Shown here piece after piece: positions 14,308-28,100 of a stretch of 64,000 nt of DNA. The DNA comes from Balanoglossus misakiensis (lineage: Eukaryota > Animalia > Hemichordata). The stretch is taken from the NCBI GenBank assembly GCA_040954595.2, contig CM082594.2:4883319-4947318 (forward strand). Reading direction: 5' to 3'. Position 1 is the first letter of the stretch. Each line of letters begins with the position of its first letter. The notes under the pieces were generated by a model, which searched no databases, was not told where the DNA came from, and saw only the letters and a list, made by a program, of their open reading frames with translations. The translations under genes were made by a program, and so were the position numbers.

Positions 14308-15362
14308 TAAAACTGGAGTAGCACAGGACAGAAAAGGATGAAACTCTTGATCGAGACGCGCAACCGGACCAAAAATGAAATAACCACCCTGCTTCAGCAG
14401 ATCACTTCGTTTTTACATGTTGTACGAAATAACTATTCCGTATTCATTTCTATAACATAATATAATCTCCGGAAGCGCGCACGCATGCATAAAGTGATAC
14501 AGGTTTATCATAATCATTTTAGTGTATAGATGAGACTTTGCCTGGGGCGAGGAATTCATTCGGCGCGGGCAAACATAGGTCGGTAGTGTGTTAGATTTAC
14601 CGGTAGTGTACGCGTATGGGGTAGACATCTGAAGTCAGTTAGTACTGTGGCAATACAACCTGTTTTATTTTGCTTATTTTCGCCTCAAATCCGCTAAATC
14701 CGAGAGCAGCCATTAAGGAGTTACAGCTTAGTCGAGATTGTTGTGTTAGGTCGACACAATCGCCTGGATGTCTAACCATTGCTTTGCTCTACAACGTCTG
14801 GTGTTGGCTCTCGCGTCGAGTGTTTACAACTGGGCTCACTCTCAACGTTTTCCCAGATTAACCCAAATCTCGCCGACAAATACTTCAAAATGCCACTCTC
14901 CTGTCAGCGACCAGTCAATCTTAGTTTTCACAGTTAAGTGACAAAATCACTCCATATTGAAGTGTTTGCACCGAGAACTGGCTTCCTAATAATAACAAAC
15001 TTGCCAATTAGCTCAGAAATTCCACGGTTATTGTGCGGTGCTAAAAGTCACACCTGTGGAGGCATAACCGGACTATTTTAAATATTTATCCCTCCATCCA
15101 ACTTCGGAAATGGCATTGTTCTGGATGCCTGAACACACAAGTACTACACTTCGACAACTTTCGGATAACACGGAAGGTCTCTCTCGCTGACACCTGTTCG
15201 TAAGGACATTTGTAAAGCTAAAGGGCCTTTCTGTTCGAAAGATCATTGCCTTGGGGAGTTAATTTCCCGTCGTGCACCATTTTCCAATATGGCGACATCA
15301 GTATGAAATATTGCGGGACGATATGATTTTTAATGAAAACGCCACTTTTCAGTGAAATTGGA

Positions 15363-18300
15363 ATGGATTTCAAGACGTACGCTGTGTTGCCAGCAGCAGG
15401 GACGGGCGAGCGAATGGGTCTGCCGACTCCGAAGCAGTACTGCATCGTCCGTGGCCGACCACTGATAACCTACACATTGCAAATGTTCCACAGGTGACAA
15501 GCGTTTAACACTTTTTGTTTACGGTATGTCGAATCGCTAATGCACGTCCCTAACACACATAGACTACCCCCCACACCAAACCATTTATCGCCGCTGCACC
15601 ACTGCCCAACACCTGTCGTGTTAAAAAGAAAACATACCTTTCCACTTGACACCCTCAGTCGCCGCCTCAGCTCATGTGCTTAGCATGACGGGCACAATCA
15701 ATGCTCGATTGGAATGCGTTGGTTTCAATGGGACAAAAGTGCAAACCGATGCTGTGCAAGGTCATTTTATTCAACGCAGCGATGTCTTGCCATCCATACC
15801 CCAGGCGTTTGCGCTCGCTCTTACATAACACATTCATGCATACGAAATTCCTATTCACGACATATTTAGATATTAAGTACACCTGTTTCAAGCGGTGGTT
15901 ATCAACGGGATGCTTTTGTGTGATGGCTTTTCATTCCCCTGTTTCCACTCCCGCCGCGTGATTGGAGTTCAGTTGGTCGCCTTTAAATACATACTGACAG
16001 TCAAACTGTAATGTGACGTTAGTCTATTTTAACACTGAGTTGTGAAACTTGAGTCCGGGGACACATTTAACTCGGAGTTACTCCGAAACCTTAAAACTGA
16101 ACTCAAACAAAAGTTTCAGCCCAGTGAAAACATTCTTTTTGGGGGAAGAATAGACAAACGTCATTGCAGCATGGACGTAAAAAAACGTGCATTGTTGCAG
16201 CAACACCAAAGCAGTGATATACCATAGAGAGTAGAACGTACTTCTTCTGTCTATAGTATGATACTATGGGTGAACATATACATGTACCGAATATTAACAA
16301 GCAAGCTTTTAATTTAACATAGCCAAGTCCAATGAGGGGAGTATGTGTGTGTATGTATATACATATACATGTATGTAAGTACGAGTATGTACTGGTAGTA
16401 ACTGGTAAGGCGTATATACTGGTATGTATGTATGCCATTCTACTTACTATTGAGCCACACTGATGTTCCTCCAGTTAGACACCAGAATCCAACAAGTAGT
16501 ATGGTACCTATGTTGATTATACTTAATCAATACATCCAAAATCAAATGCGTGTGTTATGAATGGAGTCATTCATCCACCTTCCGAACGCAACCTCAAGGC
16601 CGTGACTATTTTGATATATAACTGTCCAGAATTCAGTGCAGATCACAAATAGTGGAATTTAACGTAGAGGGATACTGCAGCTTTGACATTAAAATATAAC
16701 AGGAATTTGTATTAATATGCAAATATGCTTTCATATTCACCCACTTCGCAGAAATGTTTTTGATTTGTGTGTATTTTGTAATGATACTTGATCACAGGTT
16801 GGTCCCACTGATAGAATAATGTTAACTCTTGGTGATAATCTCTGTATTGTGCTTTTAAAGAAATTATGGAAAAACTAATTGAAAGCTTGGAAAATGTTCA
16901 GCGTATTAATGTTAACGGTGTTAGATCTGATTTGTTGATTTTTGAAGCCGTTGAAATTATGCTGACTAGAGAGTGGCTGGAGGATAAAAACCTGGAGGAA
17001 TTCTCTTTTGCTGGTAACAGACACGTAACCACCACTGCCGAGGAATGTGAAATGGCCGCGAATCATAATGTGTGTCTTTCTTGAGGTACTTGTTGGGAGG
17101 CGTTGGTTGCACTTAACAGTTGACTTCCAAGCAGTTAGAACGGAGATGTTATATTAAATTTCCATTGTCTGTGGAGACCGGTATTGACCGAGGCGTTTGT
17201 AGGGTGTCGGTGAGCGAGAACCCTGTCACCTTAGCTACTGTTGCCGATGAAAGCCACCTTAGCAGTGCTTGTGTTTCGTCGCAGGGAATGTGGAACGGGT
17301 CTTTAAGGTTGTTGTCAACTAATCAGCTCCTTTGTCAATTCATCCTTCAGACAGGTGTGCTGTATGTACAGAAACCAGTAACCTGTGAGGATGGGTCCCT
17401 CCGAGGTGCTATGTGCGCATTGCACTTTTTTTCTTTGTGGTTAATTTTAAAAGGGGGGGGGGGAATGTAATTGTTAATACCTGAAGTGGTTACAAGACTA
17501 CAGTTTCACTTGACACCTTTCTGTTTGTTCCCTGCTGGCTCTACAGCCTGAGATACCGGCTATTTAAAAATAAAATTGTCTCCAAAAATATCAGAACATA
17601 GTGGCGATCGCAGTGAGAACAATGGGTGCATGCAAGTCAGCCATGACTGGCAAGAATTGACAGAGAACCGTGTGTGTGTGTGTGTGTGAATTCCTCTCGG
17701 GGCTCCACCACTATGGTGCATTGACCTGGTTCGAGAAAATCCCCCCACTCCCCCCATTGTAAAGGCGGCAACCGGCTTAATAATAGGCCGGTCCCCTCAT
17801 GCGGAGACCGGGTTGAAAAGCGCGGATGTTTCCGACTGAGATCTCTCACTGAAATCCAATTCCAATGGCACTGCGGTGGAATGTAGGCGGAATTCCGGGC
17901 GGGACAATAGGGCCAGCTATGCTGAACCCAGCAATGACGGTGCAGCGAGAAATTCCCCGAGTCAACCTCCAAAGAAAAAATGCATCGAGGAACACAGTGA
18001 TAGCCGTGAGCCAAGGCACAATGCTTTAGTCTAATAGTTATAAAAATGATAATTATGTATTTTAGCTTTTCTGCGGTCAAAACCTGTAGTCAAAGCTGTA
18101 TAGCGTATTTGTGAATAATTCTACCCCTTTAGGAATGAAAGTTGCCTGCAACGAAATATCCACTGCACATTAACTCAGGGATGTAGAAAACCTGAGGCAA
18201 ATTTAAATGAGAACCACAGCTTGAACAGTATCCTCATCACTGGACATAAGAACTAGCTTCTTTTGCCATAATACCTTCCTATTACCCTTTTCCCCTAAAA

Positions 18301-21300
18301 CAGTCAGTTTATCAAATTAATGTATTATATTCACAATATCCAAATTATTTGTATGAATCTGATCAGTGTTGGACATATATTTGGGTGCATGCAAAGATAG
18401 TTTTACACTGAAATTTAGCAATATATATTTATTGTGAAATTGCAGTTGACAAGCGTACCTATGTCTCTCACAAAAATGTGACACTTGAGTTTAAAGCAAA
18501 AATTGCGAAAATAATGTGAAAAGATGCCACTACTGAGGAATCCAGAACCTGATTTATGAGACGCATTAATGTCAGACCCTCCATATTGATGTCGGGTACT
18601 CCCAATGCAAAGAAGCCATTATTGTACCTATCTCAGTATCTGTCGGCTAATAACACAGATGTGATGACAGATCAGATATGATATCAGGATGGGGGGATTA
18701 TTTGTCATTGCGGGACGCGACAACTAAGCCACATAATGTGAATTATTCTCTTTTAAATCTTTATCAACATTCCCAGATTGTCCACGAGTTATGAATATAT
18801 CACAAAAACATTGGGATGCGTCGCATTGAAAATATTCCGTTGACATTGTAACTTTGTCAGTGCTCGTAAAAACTTGTATTAAGCATCATTAGGAGCTTGA
18901 GATTATTTTTGTGTCAAAAGATTTATTTTATTTATAGACAAGGCTGCATGATTTTGGATAGGTTTGTGTAAATCAGTGTTTCCCAAGCTGACGTCCCTGT
19001 GTGTTTGTGCCCCCATCCATATTGGTATTTTATCGGCGAAGAAGCCACGGTTTATTTTCGGCAACCATAAGTCAGTCAGGGCGTTGGCCGTGATTTAGCG
19101 CCGATCTCGCCGAAAAATTTACGGCAAGCCGAGAGATGTATTGTCCGCACCCACGTGTTGCGGTGACCCTAACACCGAGACAGAACGTCACTCCGTGACC
19201 CGCGGCCGGCCCGGCCGAGTGTTTCAGGCCGTCCTGAACACATTTGCCGATTGATGATGTAAACATTTCTAGATCGGAGAAGTGCTGTGGCCAGTAGCTG
19301 ACAGCTTGCTACAACAACAGGCTGTTTTCACGACCGCGTTGGCAGTGAGATTAATGAAACATAAGGAAATTTTCACATCCTGCTTTTTTTTCTGGCCATA
19401 AAAATTGTCTTCAGATCAGCACATTAATCATAATCTGAATAAATTTGAATGAGAATATTGGAGTTCCAATGTGAGACAAAAGCTCATCTGTATCAAGGCA
19501 CATTTCAATCAGTTTTTATATTTAACCAGACCGTATCGTAATTTTATTTATTTATTTTGGCATAATCAGATCAGTAACTGTCATTTCATGTGAAACTCAT
19601 TTTTTCCTAATCTGTCACATTCACCAAAGCTGCAGTTTTATATTCTACCAACATTTCGTAAAACACGGAAAAAAAATATCTCATTTTTTGAACAAAAATT
19701 ATTGGCGGCTAACAGCACAGTGCAAACAGTGGGTGACATATGAAGAAATTATTCAGATTTCGAGTTTATTTTTTAAACCCCAAGTCTGTTTGTATCTTGT
19801 GTTTCTCAGTTCTGTCTGTTGGGCAAATAGAAAGGAGTGTCATCTGTTACTTTTGAAAACAAACTGTTTTTACACCAAAGATGTAAACATTGGATGGTGA
19901 ACTTTTGAACTTTCCTCGGTTCATTCGGTATGTGAGCCCGATCGCAACATGACACTGTTTACAGAATTCTAACGCTGAGGTCTTGTCTATGAGGTTGCAT
20001 TATTAATATACTTGTTTGCTGTGGAATTTGCACAGAAAAAACAACCAAGAAAATTGAAATATCTTCTGTTTCACCATTCCATGTTGGAATGCCCAGTATT
20101 TGTTATAATAACATGTGCTTTACGCGTCAAATGAAATATACCGGTATGTTACAAGAATTGGTAATTTATATCGTCTTGGAAAATTTGAGTACTGAAGAAA
20201 TATGTGATGTAGTTCTTGAATGCCAAAGCGCATTGAATTTATGAACAGTATGATGCACGCTTGCATGGGAAGAAAAAACAACAACAACACAAATTTGGCA
20301 TAAATTGGGGGAATTTCACGACCGCTACCTGACCTCACATTGTGGTATTTTCACTGGTATCAAATCCACTAGTTTAATCACGCTTCAGCAGCCAACTGCG
20401 GTCACTGGACTGGATTTTAATAAACTAAACTGCAAATGACTCGTTTTCAAGCAAAGGTGTGTTTTTCTTAAAGGTGCAATCTTGCATTATGTCACAGATG
20501 TTAGGGGGTCGTTCAGGGATCGTGAAAATGGCCAATTCACACTAATATAGTTTACATGTGGCATTTGTGGTTTGTGAAAGTTCTGATTTACCAGGAAGGC
20601 CTGTGGTTTCACTCACTTTTCTGTGCAGTTATTTTTATCCTGTGGTTCTCCTGTTCTTGCCTCTAGGGGGCTCTCATTCTCAACTTTGCAGGACGCATGA
20701 TGGTTTCACAGAATTGTGCAGAAAATACAAAAGATGGTAAATTCATGAAATTAATGTTTCATAATTATGCCCAATAAATAGGAAAATCTTAGAGTATGCA
20801 AGTTTTACTAGTATTATTATTGTATATTAAAGGCCATTTCTGATGCAAAATCAGGTTGTGAAACTTTACATGGAAGAAATGGCACAGTGATATTTTGGAT
20901 ATTCCTATACGAAAAAACACCCACTTACTCCTCTTGTAAACACTATATATCAATACTTCCCTCATCAACTAAAATACGGCCATATATTCATATAGTACTG
21001 TTTTGTTCCCACAGCATTGAGTGGATAGACCGAGTTCTGCTGGCAGTGAGCAGCGACAGACGAGACTACATGCAACAGTTGATTGACCGGTACAAGTATC
21101 ACAAAGTGCAACTCCTAGACGGCGCCCAGACCCGGCACCGGACCATCAAGAAGTGCATCGACTCGATCCCCGACTCGACTCGTCCCGACGTCGTGATACT
21201 GCACGACGCCGTGCGCCCGTTCGCGAACGAAGACGTCTTGGCGAGAGTCAGCCGAGCTGCGTTTGAACACGGGGTGAGCAGAAGTCGACTACACATGTAC

Positions 21301-24300
21301 CTATAACCACTGGCACCTACTGTAAAACACTTTATTTTCGCGAGTTGGAATTTTCACGATATCGAGAGAGGCCACTGTTTCGCGAGTATTATTTTTCGTG
21401 TTCTCTTATTTCATTCACTGCATCGTTATCTTCAAAAACAATTTACGCGACTTTTTATTTTCACGCTATTTTGGCTCTCGCGTATTTCAAGAAAATTTAT
21501 TGCTCGCGAAAATAAAGTGTTTTATAGTATGTACATCACAGTTCAAGAGTTCTTTTCCAATATGCTAACACTGGGCCAGCATTAAGTTGGCCCATTGTTA
21601 TTTCTGTAGTCTCTGCTGTTGTTTACGTAGTACGTTCCGACCCATGCATTGCTCAAGGAAAAGAGTGAAGTCAAGTTTGAAGTCACACATTACTAAAAAA
21701 AGTTGCATATTTTCTGCTCTGTTTTTCATTTCAGGCGTCGGGTGCAGTACAGCCGTTAGTGTCCACTGTGATAGCGCCGACGCCAGACGGGTTTCTAGAT
21801 CACTGCCTCGTCAGATCGCAGTACACCGCCAGCCATACCCCGCAAGCGTTTCGATTCTCCGTCATGAAGACGGCATACAGCCAGGTTTGCAAATTTCAAC
21901 TGTTATATGCTGTTTTGGAGCCAGAAACATGATTTAGCATTTAAGTTCTACTATACCAGTAGGCACTGGGAGCCGGAACATAAGAACCAGGTTGGATTTG
22001 AACCTCCTCATTTCCCACAATGCAACAGCACTTCCTGTGTTCATTCAGTCATCCTGAGAACCATAGGTTTTCCAGGATTTACTATGAAATATTTTTGATT
22101 GAAAGGTTTTAGTGCAAGCCCCTCTTGCAGATGCCAAGTTTGTAAGCTGACCGTAGAAGGAGATGATTTTGACCAAAAAAAACATTTGTTTTTAATTCAT
22201 CATGAATATTGGAAATTCTATGTAGACAGTCATGTCTGTAGTGCGCAGTGTTTGTACAAACAGATGTTGGCATACCTACTGAACACTAAACCCTGTATGA
22301 ATCATAATGCAACAGGGGCCTGGAACATCTGTTTGTCAACAAAGCAAGGTTGAAGTGGGACGAGGGGTACATAACAGTAGTAATATGTTTGTCCTGAATT
22401 TGTTTGAGTCACCTGTGATGCAGGTGTACCTGGATGTCATTCAAACACACAGTAGGCATTGACAGGATACTCACAGCACAGAAAATCGGATCCTTAGAAG
22501 CAGCACTTTTCCATTAAAAGAGTGTTGAGTGTCTTGTTAGTAGTTCCCTGATTTTTTTCCCCGGATTCTTGGCAATAAATCTCGGTCTGCCTCTGTCCGC
22601 TTTCGCACTTGTCAAGAGATGAAGAAAATGACGAGTATCCACTGAAGATCTTTCACAAACAGCACACGTTTGATCGGTTTCTATCGAGATCTTTCCCTGT
22701 TTAGATGAATGCGCGGTCAGTGTCCATGTCCGACATCCACGGTCTGGTCCGTGGGGAGGCACCGGTTCGGCGATCTGCGCTTATATAACGGCATTACCGG
22801 AAATGAAAGTCTCAAAGCGACACTCTCTTGGAGGAGGGCGTTGCTGCCGCTGTTAAGTCTACAATGCGGCAGTGAATTTGTTGCCCCGCCAATCAAGCAG
22901 AAGCGTGTCCCCCTTTAAAAAATAAAACTGTGCATTTTCATCGCCCCTCCCCCCCCCCCCCCTCCCAAAAAAGGAAACAACGCATCCTGTGTGGGGAAGA
23001 ATTAATTAAGGGAATTTGCCGAATGTTTCATAACTCTCTCTCTCTCGCTCCGGCATTGGGTTTGTCTTCCGGTATTCTTTCCATTCAGGATGGATTTTTT
23101 TTTTCTTTTTTCGCGGGGGCATTGTCCGGGAAAGTTTGTTTTACTTTCTAGTGTTGTTGCCGTGAAGAGATTAATGCAATATCTCTTGATGAAACGACAA
23201 AGGAAATTTGTGTAGCCGGGGTTTCTGGCTACAGTGCACAATTGGCGGCTGGCAGCTCTTTAAGAGGATTGAGCTAATCAAGGGTGTGGTAGAAAATTTC
23301 GGCCATGGGTTTGCTAAAGAGGCCTCATTATTTTAATCTTCTCAGGCTTTTCACGGGCCAGGATTCCACCAGCAGCTTACAGCCTCGCAGATAAAGGCGC
23401 TATCCGCCCCGGATTAAGAGTCGCGGCTCTGTCATGCAGATTTCCGCAAACACACAAAAAAGTGTCAATTTCACGGACAATGCGGGCTGGCCAGAATCGA
23501 TGATGAAACAAATCTTTTATTTTTCCGGTCTGTGTCTTTGAAGGCAAATGATTTCTGCTCCGTGATTGTGTAAAGGTGATGTAATATGGAACAGGCTAAG
23601 TGAATAATACTTGAGAATACCATTGTGCATCGAGGGAGTTCAGAATTCGCTGGTCAACTAAAGCAATAAAAAAAACCACAAATTCAGAAATCACGGTCCT
23701 TTGTAATCATTGATATCAATAATTGACAATTTACATCCAAGTAGAATTTGTTGCTTTACCATAAAATGTTAAAATTATAATGTACCATTGTATTTTTGTA
23801 GTAATTACTTTTCTTTTGCAAATCATTCTTTCTGGCAATTATGATTATGAACATTTAACTTTAATGAACTTTGTTGATATTTGGCTTGATTTGAAAACTC
23901 CAATAATTGTAATTTTTGGACAAAACGCTCAATGAAGGGGAAAATGGAAACATAAGAGAAATTCCATCTTTAAAGGTGATTTCTTGAGTCCCAAATCATT
24001 TTTTTTTCAAAATCTGTGTCATGTCATCAGCGGTCAAAAGATCAATCTTGATTTGTCACCACTGACAGTAAAAAAAAATCCACGTGGTGAGACGTTTACC
24101 CACAAAAATACACATCTTTGTATAAGTAGCCGCGATTAAGAGGGAGATGATCCCTATTTGAAGGGCCGGGTCAACACACTGACCCCAGGGCTATTCAAGA
24201 GGGTGGGGTCAAATTGAAAGGTAACTATGGCCAAACAAAAGGGAATACGGTGCTATGGTTAGGGGGGCTTCCTACTAGATAAGCTACCATTTCCTAGTAA

Positions 24301-25145
24301 CCACCATCTCATCATCGTCAACTTGCTCGCCTCGGAAAAATTCACCCAAAATGAATGTATCCCCTGTCTTCTAAATTTCTTAGAAATCCATTCCTGTAGG
24401 AAATCTAAAGTTCTCTGGATTTCTGACTCAAAATTGACTTTGATTCTTGCAGAAATTTCAATTTTTTTAGTAAATTTTGTGTTTTTATTTTTGGCGGGAA
24501 GATGGGAATGCCAGCTATCGAGAGGAAGAATCACAACAGAAATGTGACAACCATCATGACCTGGCTGTCATTCTTTGTTTTGAAAAGTTATGCAACTTTC
24601 ACAAGGTTACAACAAAATTTAGTATTTAGGCCAGATTTCTTCAAAATTTAGAAGCGTGCACTGAAGATCTGATACTCACAATCAACCATTTCTATCATTC
24701 CCCCCTCCCATGGTTGTTAGAAAGGCCTTAATCTCCAGGTGTCGAATTAATGACTTTACACTGGATTAGAAGCTATAGTGTACACACTTGTATTTGTCAG
24801 AGCCCCGGACATCTGAAGATTTACGGGAATCGGCTCCAATTGCAATGTAAGAAGGGTGTGGTCAATATGATATTAACCTCCGCTTAAGGAGGGCGGGGTC
24901 AGGTCTCTCAGACTGAAGCCTTTAATGTCAGGTAGCATGCACCTCAGAAATCAGAGCCTTAAACTTTTTTTTTTTCAGTCATGTTTTCAGCCAAGGCAAC
25001 TTGAGATGATTCTCTCAAATTAAAATTGGTGAAGAAAGCTTGTAACACTCTGTGGTAAGATTGCTGATTGGTCAAAACACCATAACTGCCAATGTTAGGT
25101 CTATGTTGTTATCATCATCATCATCACCACCACCACCACTACCAA

Positions 25146-25198
<53 letters not shown>

Positions 25199-28100
25199 CC
25201 ACCACCACCACAACCACCATCATTTCATGACTATCACTATACACCCTCAGTCGGTAACCCTGCATACAATTCAGAGCTGAAAATTCACATAGCTACAGTT
25301 GGGATCATGCAAAGTATGTTAATTAGACAAAGCTGACAACATTGGAAGCGCTCCTTCGATTTCAGCTTCACCGCATCCAGTAGGAGAACCCAGTCATATC
25401 ACTTCTATTGTATCCATATAAAAGCGCATTGATGCGCTTATTTTTGAAATGTGTTCCTCACCGTCAGGATTTGTTTGTGTTTTTGCGTTTCGTTCAAACG
25501 ATTTTGTGAAGTGGGTTGGTACTGACTCCATCTGAAACTTGTCTTTACACCCTTAATAGCTACATCTGCAAGTTGACCCGCAGTTGACCCCCCATACACA
25601 CACACCCTGACTGAAGTATGTTGAAAATCAAGACGCCCCAGTGTTAATTGTCACTCTGAATGTAGATGTGGATTTGGTGATGGTTTCCAGGCGGGGACGG
25701 GTTTCTGGCCGAAATCCCACCGAGTCATGGACACTATCAATGTAAACAAGCACGGCCGAACATTTATCACCGATTTTTTTTTAACGCAGCTGTGGCCGGC
25801 CTTAGTAAACAGCGGTTTTTTGTTGTCTTGTTGTGTCCAGGCAACGCAAGAGGAACTGGACCACGGTACAGAGAGTCTACAGCTGGCCCTGAAATACGCG
25901 GGCGTCCGAGCGAAACTGATTGAAGACAATGGAAACATATGGAAGGTACCGGCATGCTAATAAATTCAAAATTCTCGAACGGGAATTTATGAGGAATATT
26001 ATGAGAAATGTTTAACAAATGTCGGAAGTATGTGGTGACCATGTGGTGCATTTTGAAAATCGGAAGTAGGGGTCTGAGGAAGCAATTCTTCACAAATTAC
26101 AGCAAAGCACAATTGATATTCTATAAGTGTCATCCAACATTCTGGAAAGCAAGGAATTCCATTTATAGCGCACATTTGACATGATATATGATTGTTGGTG
26201 GAAAATGCAGAGTCCACCCTATTTCTGTTCATGTGGTTCCACCCTAAATGATTTAAAACCATTCGGTCATTCCACATTTCCGAGATGGGATAGGGTGTTG
26301 CAGTATTGAAGTGTGTTATAACTGACGATATATCTTGTGGCTTTTTTCTCAGCAAGAAATCTGCTCTGTACTGACAGTGACAAAGTTGCTCTTTTCAGTA
26401 CAGACCTTATGTTTCGTTTGCAGAAAATTTGGAGATTTCTGTTCACTGGAGAATTAAATTATGAATTTCAAACTTTTCAGATACTATCCAAAATAACCAA
26501 AATAATGTCTACATAAAAACAAGTTTTTCACTTTTCTCAAATTGTGTTGCCAATGAGGATTTTTTATCAGATCTTTCTAGTATTTCTAAGAAGCGGACAC
26601 ATTTATTGACATTCCAGTATTGAATTTCTTGCAGGTAACACACGCCAGGGATTTATACGCAGCAGATGGCCTTGCCAAAGGTATGGTTTCTTCTTGAATT
26701 CTCATTTATAGAAAAACAAGAAATTCTGGTTTTGTGACTCAAAGATTTGTTTGTGATTCATTATTACCGCAGCCAAGATGTTCAGTTTACATCTAACATG
26801 ATGAAAATGCTGCATCCTTCGCTTTATGATTATGTTTGTCGTATAAGGCTTGAAAATGGCGGGAAATTTAAGGTAATAGCAAAGATTCCAAATACTCACT
26901 AGTGCTTGTGCAAAAGCTGACAGTTTCCAAATTCATGTTTCTTCAAAAAATTGTTGTATTTTTTTCTTCCTATACAGAAACGCACTCCAGAGTGATGATT
27001 TTTCGCACAGACAATTCCAACGTAAGTCAAGCGATTGAAGAACAACTTTCTAAGAAAGGCCTTCAGGTTAGTAGTATCTTTGTTTGTACGCAAGAGAAGA
27101 CATACACGAAAAGAAACACCTTGCCAACAGACCAGGGGAAATCAATTTGAGCTAGCACCCCCAGTGGCCACTTTGCATATAATTTGCTCATCGCCACCAA
27201 GAGATTCCCAGATCTTGTTTAATCTGCTACTTATCGATGTTGGAATTGTTTAAAACCATCATTATACCGATCTTCAGTGCTAACTTTTAGCTCACTTAGT
27301 GTACCCGGTCACATGGTATACACCAAGGGGTTGGGGGTAAGGGCTGGGATGATGCGCACAAAAGTGAACTTGGCATCTCGGAAGAACCAGGTTTTCTGCA
27401 CTGCGTACACATTCTAACCATTGCAGCATTGCAACAATGCAAACATAACTATAATACAGTAAAACTCCAATTATCTGAACTCCAATTATCCGAATTGTTT
27501 GGTTATCCGCACTGCTGTCATGTCCCCCAAACAGTTCTATTGCTTACGATCATTATCGAATAACCGAACTGTCTGCATATCCGAACAAAATCAATGTCCC
27601 CTGTCAGTTCGGATAATTGGAGTTTTACTGTACTAGTAATCAGATTCAGTATTAAGATTTTTCTACATACCTGATATCTGTCATCCAGAAAATTGCATCA
27701 GTAAAAAATCCAGCATGTCATGGAAGAAAGGAGACTATAACAGTCCCCAAGGAAAATTCTACTGGAAGAAGATTTAGCCGACCAATCGGAACATACTTGT
27801 AGTTCCACCCCGATTTGCCTGTATTTGGTTTCAACCATATCGCTTCAAACAATGGGGTTGTACCAAGCTCGGGTAGTGAAAGGGTGTGGGGGTCACCTAA
27901 ATATTTGTCGTTGAAGAATTCCGAAAATATTTATCTCGGGTCAGTAAGAGCGTGGGATGGTCTTTTCATGAACGATGTGATGGTAACAGCCATATGTTTT
28001 GGGGGTTGAAAAAAGGGACATCTGTCAGTCCAGAGGTTTTTGTACAACAAGCATTTTGTCAGAATTCGAGATTTATGACAGAAAGGTATCATGAATAATA

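Noticed and set aside
737-15200. Numerous 60-160 aa ORFs in the first 15 kb
   Set aside because: No family resemblance, many start at non-ATG codons, and I found no phase-consistent exon chains. This is expected background in non-coding DNA.
25052-25336. Poly-His and poly-Ser ORFs
   Set aside because: Translation of an intronic (CAT/CAC)n microsatellite in CRPPA, with no flanking exon structure.
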